Source: Narcine bancroftii
Lineage: Eukaryota
Direction of reading: 5' to 3'
Assembly: GCF_036971445.1 (NCBI RefSeq)
Contig: NC_091470.1
Span: 307,644,001-307,708,000, forward strand
DNA length: 64,000 bases
This document shows, piece by piece, positions 1 to 12,135 of the stretch (position 1 is its first letter; each line of letters begins with the position of its first letter). A model generated the notes under the pieces. The model was not told the origin of the DNA. It made no database searches and saw only the letters and a program-made list of their open reading frames with translations. Made by a program: the position numbers and the translations under genes.

Positions 1-950
1 CATTTAGAGGCATAATCTGATCAGGGATAGTCAGCATGACTCATCAAGGGAAATCATGTCTCAAGATCCTGATTGAGTTCTTTAAGGATATGACAAATTA
101 CACTGATGTAGATCAAGCAGTGGATGTAGTGAACATGGATTTCATTAAGGCATTTTGTAAGGTTCCCCATGCAAAGCTAATGGAGAGGCATGGAATCCAA
201 TGAGGCCTCACATAATGGAGACAGAATTGGTTTGCTCAGAGAAGGCAGAATGTGGTTGTAGATGGTTTGTATTCTGCTTGGAGGTTGGTGACTCGTGGTG
301 TTTCACAGGGATTTGTTCTGGGATCTTGTGATTTTTATGAATGACCTGGATGAGGAAATGGAAGAGTGGGTTAGTAAGTTTGTGGATGACAGTAAAAGTA
401 GGTGGTGTTGTGGATAGTCTGGAAAGTTGCTAGATATTACAAAGGGACTTGATAGGATGAAAAACTGGGCTGAGAGGTGACAGATTCATTTCCGAAGGTC
501 AAATTTGTAGGCAGAGGATGGAGGATGAAGCGTGACCTGATGGAGGTGTAGAAGATGATGAGAGGTATTGACTGTGTGGATGGCCAAGGGTTTTTTCCCC
601 CAGGGCTGAAATGGCTAACAAGAGTGGTCATAGTTTTAAGGTGCTTTGGAGTAAGTACATGGGTGGAAGTCAGGATTGGGGGAGGGCAGGTACAATGGGG
701 GGGACAGTGTAAGAGGTAGTTTCATCATGCCAAGTGAAAGGTGTATGGAACGTGCAGCCTGCAACAGTGGTGGGGACAGGTACAATAGGATCTTTGAAGA
801 GACTATTAGATAGGCACATGGAACAGAGGAAAATGGAGGGTTATACAGAAAGGTAAATCTTAGCAGTTGGTAGAGTAGGTTTTTTATGTTGACACCACAC
901 TGTTTGCCGATGGGCCTGCACTGTGCTGTAGATTTCTTTCTTCTATGTTC
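1..950 (+). mobile_element. CR1-clade LINE 3' fragment (degenerate RT to 3' tail)
   Basis: Broken RT motifs KGKSCL..LIEFF, VDVV.MDF.KAF.KVPH, SKFVDD; ends in a TTCTATGTTC-type tail near 950. Confidence 0.8.
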
Positions 951-1640
951 ATTAAACCCACATTCTTTAATTCCCTTAATTTCTGTAGATCTCAGTCATG
1001 AATATATTCAGTGAATATGACTCCATAACCGTCTTGAGTGCAGAATTCCAAAATTTCATTGCAATGTGATGAAGAAATTGTTTGCTTATGCCAGTCTTGA
1101 ATGATTGATCTTTTACACCATGACTCTTGGTTTAAGTAATTTTACTCCTCGTGTCTTGTAAGAATTCTGTACACTTCAGTGAGATCCCTCTTATTTTTCC
1201 TAACTTTATGTGACCTCTCAGAGGATTATCCTCCCATCCCAGGAGATATTTTGGTAAGTTTTCATGTACTCCCACTATCACTTTAGATGGGAAGACCAGA
1301 TCTGTACACAATATTTCAGACGTAGTCTCACCAGAGCAATGTATAGATCAGGAAGAACATCCTTTCTCTTGTCTGGAAATCCTCTTGTATTAAATGCCAA
1401 CATGCATTTTGTTTGCCTTCCTCATTGCTTGCATCACCTGCATGCTAACTTCCAGTGATTTATTTGCAAGGACACTTGGGTTCTTTTTAACATTAATCCT
1501 TTTCAATATCTCATCATTTAAAAAGGAAGTTAGGTTTTCCCACATTTTATTCCTTCTGCCACATTAATGCTCTTTTACTTAGCATGTCTCTATATCCCTT
1601 TGAGTCCATTTAACAGCAGTCACTGTGTCCCAGCCTTGCA
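951..1640 (-). mobile_element. Old CR1-like LINE fragment, antisense
   Basis: Resembles the reverse complement of a CR1 3' region (gcagaattccaaaatttcatt, gtgagatccctctt, gtctcaccagagc); heavily decayed, boundaries approximate. Confidence 0.5.
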
Positions 1641-2306
1641 TTAAGTTTGGTTGCTTTATGTGTCAAATACGTAATGTTTAATCAAATGCTTAATTCTAAA
1701 ATCAAAATAAGTCTTTGTTAATTGGTTTGGTGTGTTTCTTTGTCCTCGACCCTTTTTTGGATGGGGTTAAAAATGTGCTTTTTTTTCCTTTTTATTCCAT
1801 ACAAAAATTAATGTTTGTCCATTTTGTATATATTCCTAACCTTTCTTAGTTACTCCAGTGTAAGTTGGAGAGTAGAGTAAGATTCCCATAACTATTCTCC
1901 AGCTGTTGAGCAATCCCAATCATTTAGTATTAGGTTCAGCATATGATGTTTGCTCCATTCTGAGATTTTGGCTCCCAAGCTCCCTTAAAACTTTATTGGT
2001 TTATTGTAACGTGTATTATTCTACTATGTGACATCTTTAAAAAAAAAGTATATTGTAGGATTAATGGGAATGAGGCCCATCAGTCCAGAAAAACTGGATG
2101 CCCAGCTTTCTAATGTCCAAGGCAGGGCAGATCATCAGAATTTTGCAGTTGACTGTTCTTAAATAATGTAATATGCTGTTTAGGTGCAAAAATTTATGTC
2201 CGTATTCAACAAAATTGGTTTTTAAGATCTATTCCATGTTTTTAGTTTTTTTTTAATGAATTTACCTTGCCATTCTTTAACACATTAACAATTTTTAATT
2301 CCTCAG

Positions 2307-2406
2307 ATGACTTCTGCAACAAAAAAACCAAAATTACTTGTAGTTTCGGGATGCCTCAGAGGATTAATGGCACTTATGGTTAACTTCACTAAATCCAGAG
2401 AGGAAG
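2307..2406 (+). CDS. PRKDC: DNA-PKcs exon (100 nt; ~human exon 7)
   Basis: cctcAG|ATGACT...GAGGAAG|GTggg; [33 protein letters not shown]. Confidence 0.95.
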
Positions 2407-2489
2407 GTGGGTTTTTGTTTGCATTACATGCTTATCTGGCCATAATAATAGGGAAAAAAGGACAACTTACAATTGCTTTTCTCCAATAG

Positions 2490-2545
2490 ATCCACAGACA
2501 TCAAAGAATATTTTTGACTATGCATTGAAAGCCATAAATCGGCAG
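2490..2545 (+). CDS. PRKDC: DNA-PKcs exon (56 nt)
   Basis: caatAG|ATCCA...CGGCAG|GTgag; DPQTSKNIFDYALKAINRQ. Confidence 0.95.
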
Positions 2546-3314
2546 GTGAGTTTTCAGTTGCACATTATCTATTTAGAACATTTTCTTTGAAATAAAGGAT
2601 AAAAGAGTAAATGTGAAATATTGTCTTGTGAGAATTGAGAAGTCTTGAATTAGAAGTGGCAGAATTAAATGAGGCTGTCTTACAGTCCAGTAAAGTTTAG
2701 AAAGCTCAGAGATTGTGCTGTGAGATTACCTTGAAACCATATGTGGCAGAAGAGATGGGTACTAAAGAAGTGAAAAAGATGCTATATTGCCACTGAATTT
2801 GGGATCCAGAACAAGTCTGTGTTGGTGCTTTTGAACAAGGTTTTCATGTGTCTGAGTGTGTGGGGGAGGAAATGACATCATCTGAAGCTTTGGTTATGAC
2901 TGAAAACTACAAGTGATGCAAACCCATAATACTTAAAAATGCCTGCACTGCTAGATTGAATTTGAAGGTGACTATTTTTCAAAGAGTTATTAAATGATTT
3001 CAGCCACTGACAAAACAAATGATGGGCGACTCCTGCGTAGCTGCAATTCGGTTAATGGACGTGCACCCTTACAGAATTCACAAATCACTGCTCAAAAATT
3101 TGAGATACTAATACAGAATTTGCTCTCAGAATTCATGTGAAAAAAGTAAATAAATACAAATTTCATTTTTTTTCAGCTCTCATTTTTTGGCACATGCACA
3201 GATGGGGCAGCTTCGCATTATGGAAAAATTGCAATACGGCCCATTTTCTAAGAGTGCAACCCACTTAATATAGGAGTCACCTGTGTAGCATTTAGCACCA
3301 TCAAATTATTGTTT

Positions 3315-3352
3315 TCTCTCTCTCTCTCACTCTCTCACACACACACACGCAC
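3315..3352. repeat. (CT)n(CA)n compound microsatellite
   Basis: ctctctctctctcactctctcacacacacacacgcaca. Confidence 0.9.
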
Positions 3353-4179
3353 AGTAGTTTGGGCTTGAAATGTTTATTTTAGAAAATCAAAATGTTTTCT
3401 AATGTTTTTGATTTAATAGTGCAGGTTTAAAAATTTTGCATGAATCATGTGTAGAAATTAATATGAAATACTGACTAGGAAATGAGGGAAGTCCACATGT
3501 TCGTGCACCGTACATTCACCAAATTGCTGAATGATGCTATAACGTTGTCATTCATTTATATGTCCAATATAGAACTAAGATGAGGGCTGGTGAATGAAAT
3601 CAGCTAAGCTACTGCATTTAAATATTTAGAATGAACAAACCATTTTGTAAGAAGAGTCCAAAAGGTTTGTTTTGGCACTATGTTTCCATTTTTGAATCTA
3701 CAAACGGTGGCAATAACTTAAAATTCAAGGTTACTAATTGTTTAAAAGCCTTAGTTTTATTTTTTTGGGCTCATTAAATTTAATTTGGAATTTTTAACTT
3801 AACAGAACCCTTTGAATAATTGGTCAGGATTTTGATTTGGGTTATTGTTGCTGTTGTTTCAGATAATTACAAATTCCGCTTACTGTATTTAATTGCTTCC
3901 TGTTGATTAGTGTCAGCAGACCTGATAGTTAGCAAACCATTCCAGTAATGGAGAATTTACAAAGTTAGTGATCACAAAAGTGTAAGGAAAGGGTGAATGT
4001 TGAAATGTGCATGTTTGGTAAAATTTATGATAACATCATAACTCCTCAATTAATATCCTAATTTCTTAATGGATTGAGCCTTTGATTACTTGCAGAATTT
4101 CTGCCTAGATCAGAAAATTATACTGTAAATTTGTACACCCCTCTAAACTTCCCCAGCCAGAGCTTATTTTATAGGGTAT

Positions 4180-5169
4180 TGTCCTCAATGAAAGTGTGTA
4201 AAATAACCTCTAGCAAAACTATTGACTGAGAGTGAAAATAATTTTTAATGTTTCCTTTGTACTGGATTTCCATCCAGTAAATATGTGTGGTTCAATAACA
4301 TCATATTAATTTCTTCCTCTCAACATTGGAGTACTTGTGTAGTTCTATTAATGGTAAGTTGCTGTCCAGTGGAGTATGTGTGGAATGAAGAGCCACTTTT
4401 TTTGAAAGTTAGTTCTGCATGGACAGGAAGCAAGCTGTCCAAAAAATATTTTTATTGCAGAAAACAGCTCAGTACATGGTGTATTCAATGTAAATGTAAG
4501 AAAAAAAATGGGTTATCTTGTATTACTTGGAAGTGGAGAAGAAAACTAATCAGCCAGTAGTGATAAAGGGTGTCATACTTTGCTAACATGCGCATGTTTC
4601 TTTTGACAGTTTGACATGAAGAGATATGCAGTTCCTATAGGTAAGGTTTCTTTGTTTTTCTTCATCCCTTTGCAAGTTGACTTAATAACAATTTGAAATT
4701 TAATTGATTTGATTGCCAGGACTGAAGGGTTCAATGTTGAAATATTTGTGGATGGAGATACAAGGGATGTGAAGCTGCACTTTAATAATATTGACACAAA
4801 GTTAAGGAAATGTTAATAACAGTAATGCAGGAAATTTTAATACAGTAAAAATATTCAAAGATACCTTATTAAATTTGCAAACATAGCTATTGTTTCTCCT
4901 CATTTTACATCAAAGATGTTGATATGTACCGTAAATACTTACAGAATTTCCCTGAGTATTCTCAGTATAAGATTGACCATTGAAGATTGGTCATCTGTGC
5001 AAAGGCCACTCAGTTCATTCTGTCCTCAGTGGAGGTGTGTAAATGTTAACCTTTACCAAAACTCATTTGATGTTGACTGAGAATGAACATCATTTTTAAT
5101 TTTTCCATTGTACTGGATGACCATCCAGCAAATGTGAGGTTCAATAACATCATCTTAATTTCTTCCTCT
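4180..5169 (+). repeat. Two diverged ~140-bp direct repeats (4180-4320 and 5021-5169) flanking the 31-nt exon
   Basis: Shared blocks tgtcctca.tg.a.gtgtgtaaa, ttgactgaga.tgaa, tgtactggat..ccatccag.aaat, ggttcaataacatcat.ttaatttcttcctct. Confidence 0.85.
4610..4640 (+). CDS. PRKDC: DNA-PKcs micro-exon (31 nt)
   Basis: tgacAG|TTTGAC...CCTATAG|GTaagg; FDMKRYAVPI; needed to keep the frame. Confidence 0.93.
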
Positions 5170-5262
5170 GATCATGTATAACAGGATGCAAAGAGGACAT
5201 CAAGTATAAGGATTGTGGGGAATTCAAGATTTTAATGTGTTCTTCCATTATTTTTTGCCCAG

Positions 5263-5420
5263 CTGCGTTGCGTCTTTTTGCATTGCATTCTAATCAATTC
5301 AGCACCTACCTCATGGACAACTGCCAAACCCTTTTTGAAGCAATGTCCATATGTTGTGGCCATACTAATAATGAAATGAAAAAAGCTGCCTATAGTGCTC
5401 TTGAAAGTTTCCTGAAAGAG
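5263..5420 (+). CDS. PRKDC: DNA-PKcs exon (158 nt)
   Basis: cccAG|CTGCG...AAAGAG|GTaatt; [17 protein letters not shown]...SALESFLKE. Confidence 0.96.
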
Positions 5421-6054
5421 GTAATTCATTTTCCTTCAATCACAGTACTATTCTAATGTGTATTTGACATAGATTTTATTTTAAAACCATTTGAAACTGC
5501 AGGGCCATGGCAAGATGTTCTCAAATGGCCACAATGCTTCGTACCTTCAGCAAAGATTATCATACCACAAGAAATGTTATAAAATAATAAAGAATAAAAC
5601 TGAAAATTTGATTTGAAGTATTTCATAATTGTTGCATGGTATTTTATACACAAAAAACAGTTATTCCATACAGCAGGTTTATATTGTTCCTCAATAACTT
5701 GTCTATGTCCTTCTTTGTCTGATTTCGATAACGTCTTTTGCCCATGTACTTGTCTATCTTTCCATTAAATGCTTGTATGCTGACCATTTCATCAAACTAG
5801 TAATTTGGGTAAAGAATAATCTCTTCAATTCACAGTTAATACCTATTACCATATTTATATTCTGTTTTAGTCTTTCATGAGATGTATATTCCTTAGTTTT
5901 GGTGGTGTTCAAGTCAAGAATTGTTGTGAGACTCAAGAAACTGCAAATGCTGGAATCTGGAACAAAATTATTTTTGTATCTTTTAATTGAAGAGACTACA
6001 AGTCTTCACAATACTCCAAATGTGAGTTAAACTAGCTTCTGAATAAATAAAATA

Positions 6055-6094
6055 GTATAGCCCTTCTATTATTGGTATAGCCCTTCTATTATTG
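6055..6094 (+). repeat. Perfect 20-bp tandem duplication
   Basis: gtatagcccttctattattg x2. Confidence 0.9.
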
Positions 6095-7509
6095 ATTGCA
6101 GCCCTCCTAGAATTCAGTTTTGTGTTTGTGGTTTTATTGACCTGTATTACGTTTTAGTGACTTGTTTATCAGGCAATACAGGTTGATATTTAGCAGATAT
6201 TCATTGTTTTCAAATTTAGCCCCAGAGAAGTAAAACAGGTTGTAATAAATCCCAAATTGGTTGTTGACCATTTTGTAGCTCTTCACTTTATTAGCCTATT
6301 GACTATTTTAATGGCTTTAAGCCTAAATCCAAAGATATGGTTACTTTTCAAGGTATGTATTATCCATTTATTTTCCCAATGAAATGTATCTTCTCTTTCA
6401 ATTGTCTTTATTTTCCTATTTGCATACTCACATTCTGTTTGGATTTTTCATTGGTTCATTATGAAAGAAATGTAGAAATTCTGATTATGGGACTAAAGAA
6501 AAACCCTGCGTTTTTTTCGGTTAGTGTCAGTGTCCAGGCTCTGTGTGGTTGTGACACATTTTCAAATGATTGTCAAAACCTTTTACTTTGACAGAACTGT
6601 AAAATTGGCAGCATTGATATCGATGTCTATGATGTTCATGAGTTGGAACCATTCTGTTGGACAGTCCAGAGATAGATTGATACATTACCATTCATGTTGT
6701 AGCTTCCAATCAAATGGTTTCTTGATCATGTGATATTTGCAAGTCTGCTAGGCTGCTTTTTTTTAAATAACAAGGAAAGACAAATATCTGCTCCTCGATG
6801 GAGCTTAAAACAAATTGCTGGAGGAACTCAATGGTCTTCATGGAGGGAATTGGATAGTCAACATGTTCAGTTGAAAGGCTGCAGTTACTGGGAGATTGAG
6901 AGGAGTGGCTATGGCAGCCAAGGCATGACTGTTAATCACCTGTGGCAGAGCCAGGACCGTGGTAGTGGCCATGGAAGCTGCCTTTACCAGGACTATGATT
7001 GATTGCACAGTGCTACTATGCTGGATTCTCATCCATCCTGGAATGGCAGGAAGCTGTTGGATAGAATTTCATTTGCTTGTTGTGGTAAAATGCTAGAAAC
7101 AAAGCTTGAATACAGTATTCAGTTTATCTAGTTAGTTTGCTTTTACTATGTTTTCTGTTAAGTTTTAAATCCAAAATCACAATTTATTTTGAGAATCCTG
7201 GATAGAATGGAAAACTCATATTTTTATTGCATCTCAGTTCACACTGCAATAACCTCTCTAAATTCTTTATTAAGCACCATGCCCAATGCTCTTGTTATTG
7301 GATCTAATTTCAAAGGAAAAAAATACCTTCCCATAAACCAGATCCTGAAAAATCCCAAATTGGTTTTGCAGAGGATATATGATTACCAGTAATCCTATTG
7401 ATAAATATATTCATGTGAAACATTGCAACTGCAATTCTTTCTAGATCACAGTGCAACTGAAAGCAGGCTCAGTTATTAATTTGCATTATTTTGTCTTTTT
7501 CATACACAG

Positions 7510-7656
7510 ATTGCCTTACAAGTGAAAGAAAATGCACATTTGCATGAAGACAAGTTGCAGTATTTCATGCAACAATTTTATAAGATAATTCGAACAATGG
7601 AATCAAGCAATAAAGAGCTCTCAATTGCCATTCGAGGATATGGACTTTTTGCTGCT
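7510..7656 (+). CDS. PRKDC: DNA-PKcs exon (147 nt)
   Basis: cacAG|ATTGCC...GCTGCT|GTatgt; [10 protein letters not shown]...[15 protein letters not shown]. Confidence 0.96.
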
Positions 7657-8090
7657 GTATGTTTCATTCTTCTAAATTGTTATAAAAGCTATTCCTTGGT
7701 ATTTATAAAGTACAGTAATGGGAGGAATATCTTGGCAAGAATTACTGCACTTTCTGTTAATAGATTTAAAAAACCATGCTTTGATAATTGGATGACATTC
7801 TGGGATGGTGAGATCTGAGAGAATGGGGGATGTTTCCCTCAATATTATGGAAGTGGAGCTGAAGATGATTGGAGGATGTAGTTGAAGTTGGATCCCACAA
7901 GTTAAATGTACTTGTGTTAACTGGTAGATCTGCTGAGAAATGAGGCATTTTATAATTTACATTGGGCTAGTTTTGGAAAAGAGAAAATGTATTCCATTTC
8001 TAATGTTACAAAAGTCATTCAATTATAATGATAAAGTTTGTTGCATATTGAGTGCTGAATCTTAAAGAAGAAATTGGAATGATTTCATGG

Positions 8091-10412
8091 TGTGACGGGT
8101 TATATTATATTTTATATTACATATTAATATGTTTTTAAAAGAGGTAGATTGTGGGGGTTTAGAGTGTAGGTCACTTCACAAACAGATGGTAACACTTAAC
8201 AAAAGAGATCTCATTTAAAATGCAAGAGCTTTGCTCGAGCTGAATATTCAGACTCCAGTGATTTTGCTAAAAACAATGAAACTGCTAACGAATTTCAAAA
8301 ACAGGTGCAAATGGAAGAGTCCAGGCTCAAGAGGCTGATAAGATATTTCAAAACTTGGGACTGGACCCTTGGGGGTCATGTGGTTTTGCAAGCAGAGAGA
8401 GAGAAAAAAGTGATTCTTTTGGAGAGAAAGAATTCAGTTCTGCAGTGGCATTTGAGTCTGCAACATGACAAGCTTTGGAAGATTGTTTGAAACCCCATTT
8501 TAAAGATGGTTGTGAGTTTGGAGTTCAGCCTGTTGAAAAACCCTTGTGGTCCTTACAAGAGGAAATGGCTGACCAGAGTGTTTCACCTGAAATAAAGAAA
8601 AGAAGAGGAACTCTGTGGTGACCTGGAAGAAGAGGTTATCATTGTGTGATGGGTTATGTTATGTTGTAAATAGATATGTTTTAAAGGGAGATAAATTGTG
8701 GCAGGGTTTTTTTAGTGTAGGTCACATACAAACATTTCAAAACTGATCTCATTTAAAATGCCAGAGCTCTGCTCAAGCCAGACAGTCCAGGCTCAGGGTG
8801 TCTTTGCAAAAACTTTGAAGAATGCCTATAAGAACTTTACAAGTAGGTGTTAATTGAACATGCTGTGGAGTAATGGATTATTGTTTTGGAAAGAAACAGA
8901 TGAACAAACTCAGAAGATTGAGTCTGGGGCTGCAGTCTGAGTGCAGTTGGTTGTTCTAAGAGGGTCATGTGATTTTTCTCTGAATGAGAGAGAGAGAGAA
9001 TTCAGTTCTACAGTTCAGCAGCAGCTGGGACTGGAACATGACAAGCTGGCAAGCTTGTGGAAAACCCCCATTTTGAAGATGGGTTTTGAGTTCTTAGTTC
9101 AGCCTTGTCAAAGTCCTTGTGGAGATGGCTGGCTGTATAATGTTTCACTTCAAATAAGGGGAACAAAAAGGAACTCTGTAGTGACCTGAAAGAAAGAGGT
9201 TATCATCTGGAAATCTCTGATGGGGCAAGTTTCTTTAGCCAGACACTGAAGTGGCTGTTCAGAAGGAATCAGTTGTGAGTGTCCAATGAGCAACAAGTCT
9301 CTCTGAAAACCGACAAGAACCTTCTTGAGCAGTAACCATTTACCATTCAAGCACCAAAGCCAGGTGAAATTCAGAAATGTTAGATTCTGTGCACAGTCTA
9401 AGAATTGCCTGATACCAGTTGTGACAGATTATAGATGTGTTTTTGGGTGATAAATTGGGGCAGGTTTTTTTGTGTAGGTCAAATACAAACACTTTAAAAC
9501 AGATCTTATTTAAAATACTGGAGGTCTGCTCATGCTGGACAGTCCGGCTACAAGAGCCTTTGCAAAAGCTTTAGAAAGTGCCCAAGAGGCTTCACTAATG
9601 ATTGTTGTTTACAAAAAGGCAACAGATGAAAAATCTCGTCAGAGCCGCAGATTGTCTGAAAGAGAACTTGCTGTTCTAAGAGGGTCATGTGGTTTTGAAA
9701 GCAGAGAGAGTAAAACTGGCTTTTCTCTGAGAGAGAGGATTGAGTTCTGCATTTTTACAGTCAGCAGGAGCATCTGGGACTGGAACAGAACAAGCTGTCA
9801 AGCTTGTGGGAAAAACCCCATTTGGAAGACAGGTTGTGAGTGCTTAGTTCAGCCTGGTCAAAGTCCTTCTGGTTCATACAGGAGGAGAGGACTGACTACC
9901 TAATGTTTTACTTGGTATAAGAGAAACAAAAAGGAAATCTGTGGTGACCTGAAAGAAAGAGGTTATCGTCTGGAAAACCCTGATGGGGCAAATTTCTTTG
10001 GCAAGCGTAGCTGATTAGAAGAAATCAGTTTGTGTCCTAGAACAACAAATCTCTCTCTGAAAACTGACAAGAACCTTCCTGAGCGGTAACCATTTACCTT
10101 TCAAGCACTAAAACCTGGTGAACTTTATAAATGTTAAATTCTGTGCACAGTATAAGAATGGCCTGCAATCAGTGAACTTGGAGGAATGAGAAGTGAGATT
10201 GGACTGTGAACCAAAGAACTTTTCTGAACTTAAACACACATTACATACATGTGCGCTTAGAATTAGAAGGGGCTTAAGTAAATAGTAATAAGTTAAAGTT
10301 TAATCCTGTTTTCATGTTTAAAGATTGTTAAAAGCAACTTTTGTTTAAGTAACCATTTGTCTTGGTGAATTTCTATTGCTGCTGGGTTTTAGGGTCCTCT
10401 GGGCCCGTAAAA
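8091..10412 (+). mobile_element. Array of three related LTR-like units (starts 8091, 8645, 9420); only the last runs to its end
   Basis: Units begin TGTGACGGG / TGTGATGGG / TGTGACAGA and share gtgtaggtca, atttaaaat, ctgt.gtgacctg.aaga blocks; array ends CCCGTAAAA, a near-inverse of the start. Orientation assumed. Confidence 0.7.
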
Positions 10413-10493
10413 TTAGCATCAATCTTATCAACTTTTTTAAAAAATTAGAACTCTATATTCATTGTTTTTAGATAATACGTGTATATTGAGAAT

Positions 10494-10720
10494 GGTTAGC
10501 ATAGCGGTTTGTGCAATGCTGTTACAGCACCAGCGACTGGGACAACTGTCCGAATCCCACGCTGTCTGTTAGGAGTTTGTACATTTTCTCTATGCCTGTG
10601 TGGGTTTCCTCCAGGGATGTAGGTCAATAAGATGTATTTGGGTGGCATGGAATCATGGGCCAAAAGGGCCTGTTACCTTGCTGTATGTTTAAATTAAAAA
10701 ATAAATTTAAGAAATTTAAA
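10494..10720 (+). mobile_element. V-SINE (HE1-like)
   Basis: tRNA-like head, core aggagtttgtac..tgtgtgggtttcctcc, tail gggcctgttaccttgctgtat + A/T repeat. Confidence 0.75.
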
Positions 10721-10874
10721 TTTAAAATTGTAGGATGATGGTCTTTTTTCTCTGGGTATTTAATAGTAATGAATTGGGTCAAACAAATTTGTATTCTATT
10801 CCAGCAAGAAAAAGGAATCTTTGCAAATGTTAGCAAACTTTATTGATAATGTCTTACTTGTCATACACTTTATT

Positions 10875-11154
10875 ACAAAGTACATGTACACCAAAATCTT
10901 GCTTGCTTCAGCCAAGCAGGTAGAGTACGTCTGTTTAAAAAAAAACAATCCAATATTAAATGTGAATAACTGTTAAAGCTGCATGGTAATTATTTGCTTT
11001 ATTATCACTTCAAATTACAATCCTGGTTCATTATCTATAATTTCAAGATAACTAGCCTAGAATTATAACCTTTTTGTCTGATTTTTGTTTTAAATCTTGC
11101 TTTCATGTCCTACTTCAATACCAATTTACATAAAAAACTCCTTAATCATATAGA
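10875..11154 (+). repeat. Arm 1 of a ~280-bp inverted duplication (arm 2 = 12006-12135 + 15167-15318)
   Basis: Reverse complement matches the sequence on both sides of the RTE insertion with few mismatches. Confidence 0.92.
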
Positions 11155-12135
11155 TTATTGTCAAAGTGCCTTCAAAAGATTTTCTGTATTACCTTCATGA
11201 ATTTTTGCTTAGTTTTTATTTTTGCTTTTCATTTTACCTTTGCTTCTTCTCGTGAAGAGTTTGTTTCTTTTGTCTTTGTTATGACTAGTGAATTGCTCAT
11301 TCCCAGTTTCAATTTAAAAAATTGTTCTGTGGCTTCTTGAAGTCTAAAGTGGACTATCATATCGTAATTACAGCCTATCTGTTTTTTCTTTATTTTATTT
11401 AATTTTCAATCAACATGGAATTACAAAACAAATTAAATCAAAGAAATATTACAGATATATACAATAACATAGCAAAACCAAACTCTATGTTAATATACAA
11501 AGAAGGAAGAATCAGCACATTATCACAATTATCAAATTCTGCACTATTGTTTGTAAATTCAAAATTACACACTGTGCTGATCCTTAAAAGAAAAAGAGAA
11601 CCCCTCCCCCCAAAAGGAAAAGGAGAAAAAGAAGAGGTAATTCACCCATATAATGTGACAAAATCAGCTGTTTTCCAAAAGCATTATTATCATTATGTGA
11701 TTCGTCCAGAGCTTACTTCCTCCCTTAAGGGATAAATGTCTTGACATAAACATCACGAGGGATACTGGAGATAGTGGTATTGGAGACTGGAGGGGAAATC
11801 ATCAAAGATTAACCCCCGTGTATCTTAAATACGTGTTCCATATTCTTAAAAACATGCTGTAACAGGTTGTAAGTAATCTTCTCCAGTGGAACACAACTAC
11901 ACATTTCTGACTCAGCTAGGAATCTGATTTCCAAGTAATAGCTATACACTTCCTGGCTACCGCTAAAGCAAGTTTTACAAATTTGAAATTGATATTTCAA
12001 TGGCTTCTATATGATTAAGGAGTTTTTTTTATGTAAATTGGTATTGATGTAGGACATGAAAGCAAGATTTAAAACAATAATCAGACAAAAAGGTTATAAT
12101 TTTAGGCTAGTTATCTTGAAATTATAGATAATGAA

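Noticed and set aside
2307-2489. ATG at 2307 as the gene start, and ORF-track extensions past the exons
   Set aside because: The ATG directly follows a splice acceptor and is an internal Met; ORF tails beyond the GT donors are intron read-through.
3020-3287. Possible TcMar MITE (ggcgactcct..aggagtcacctg)
   Set aside because: Inverted repeat is short and termini are too decayed to call.
4180-5169. Repeat pair as intronic snoRNAs
   Set aside because: No C/D or H/ACA boxes at matching positions in both copies; kept only as an unexplained repeat.
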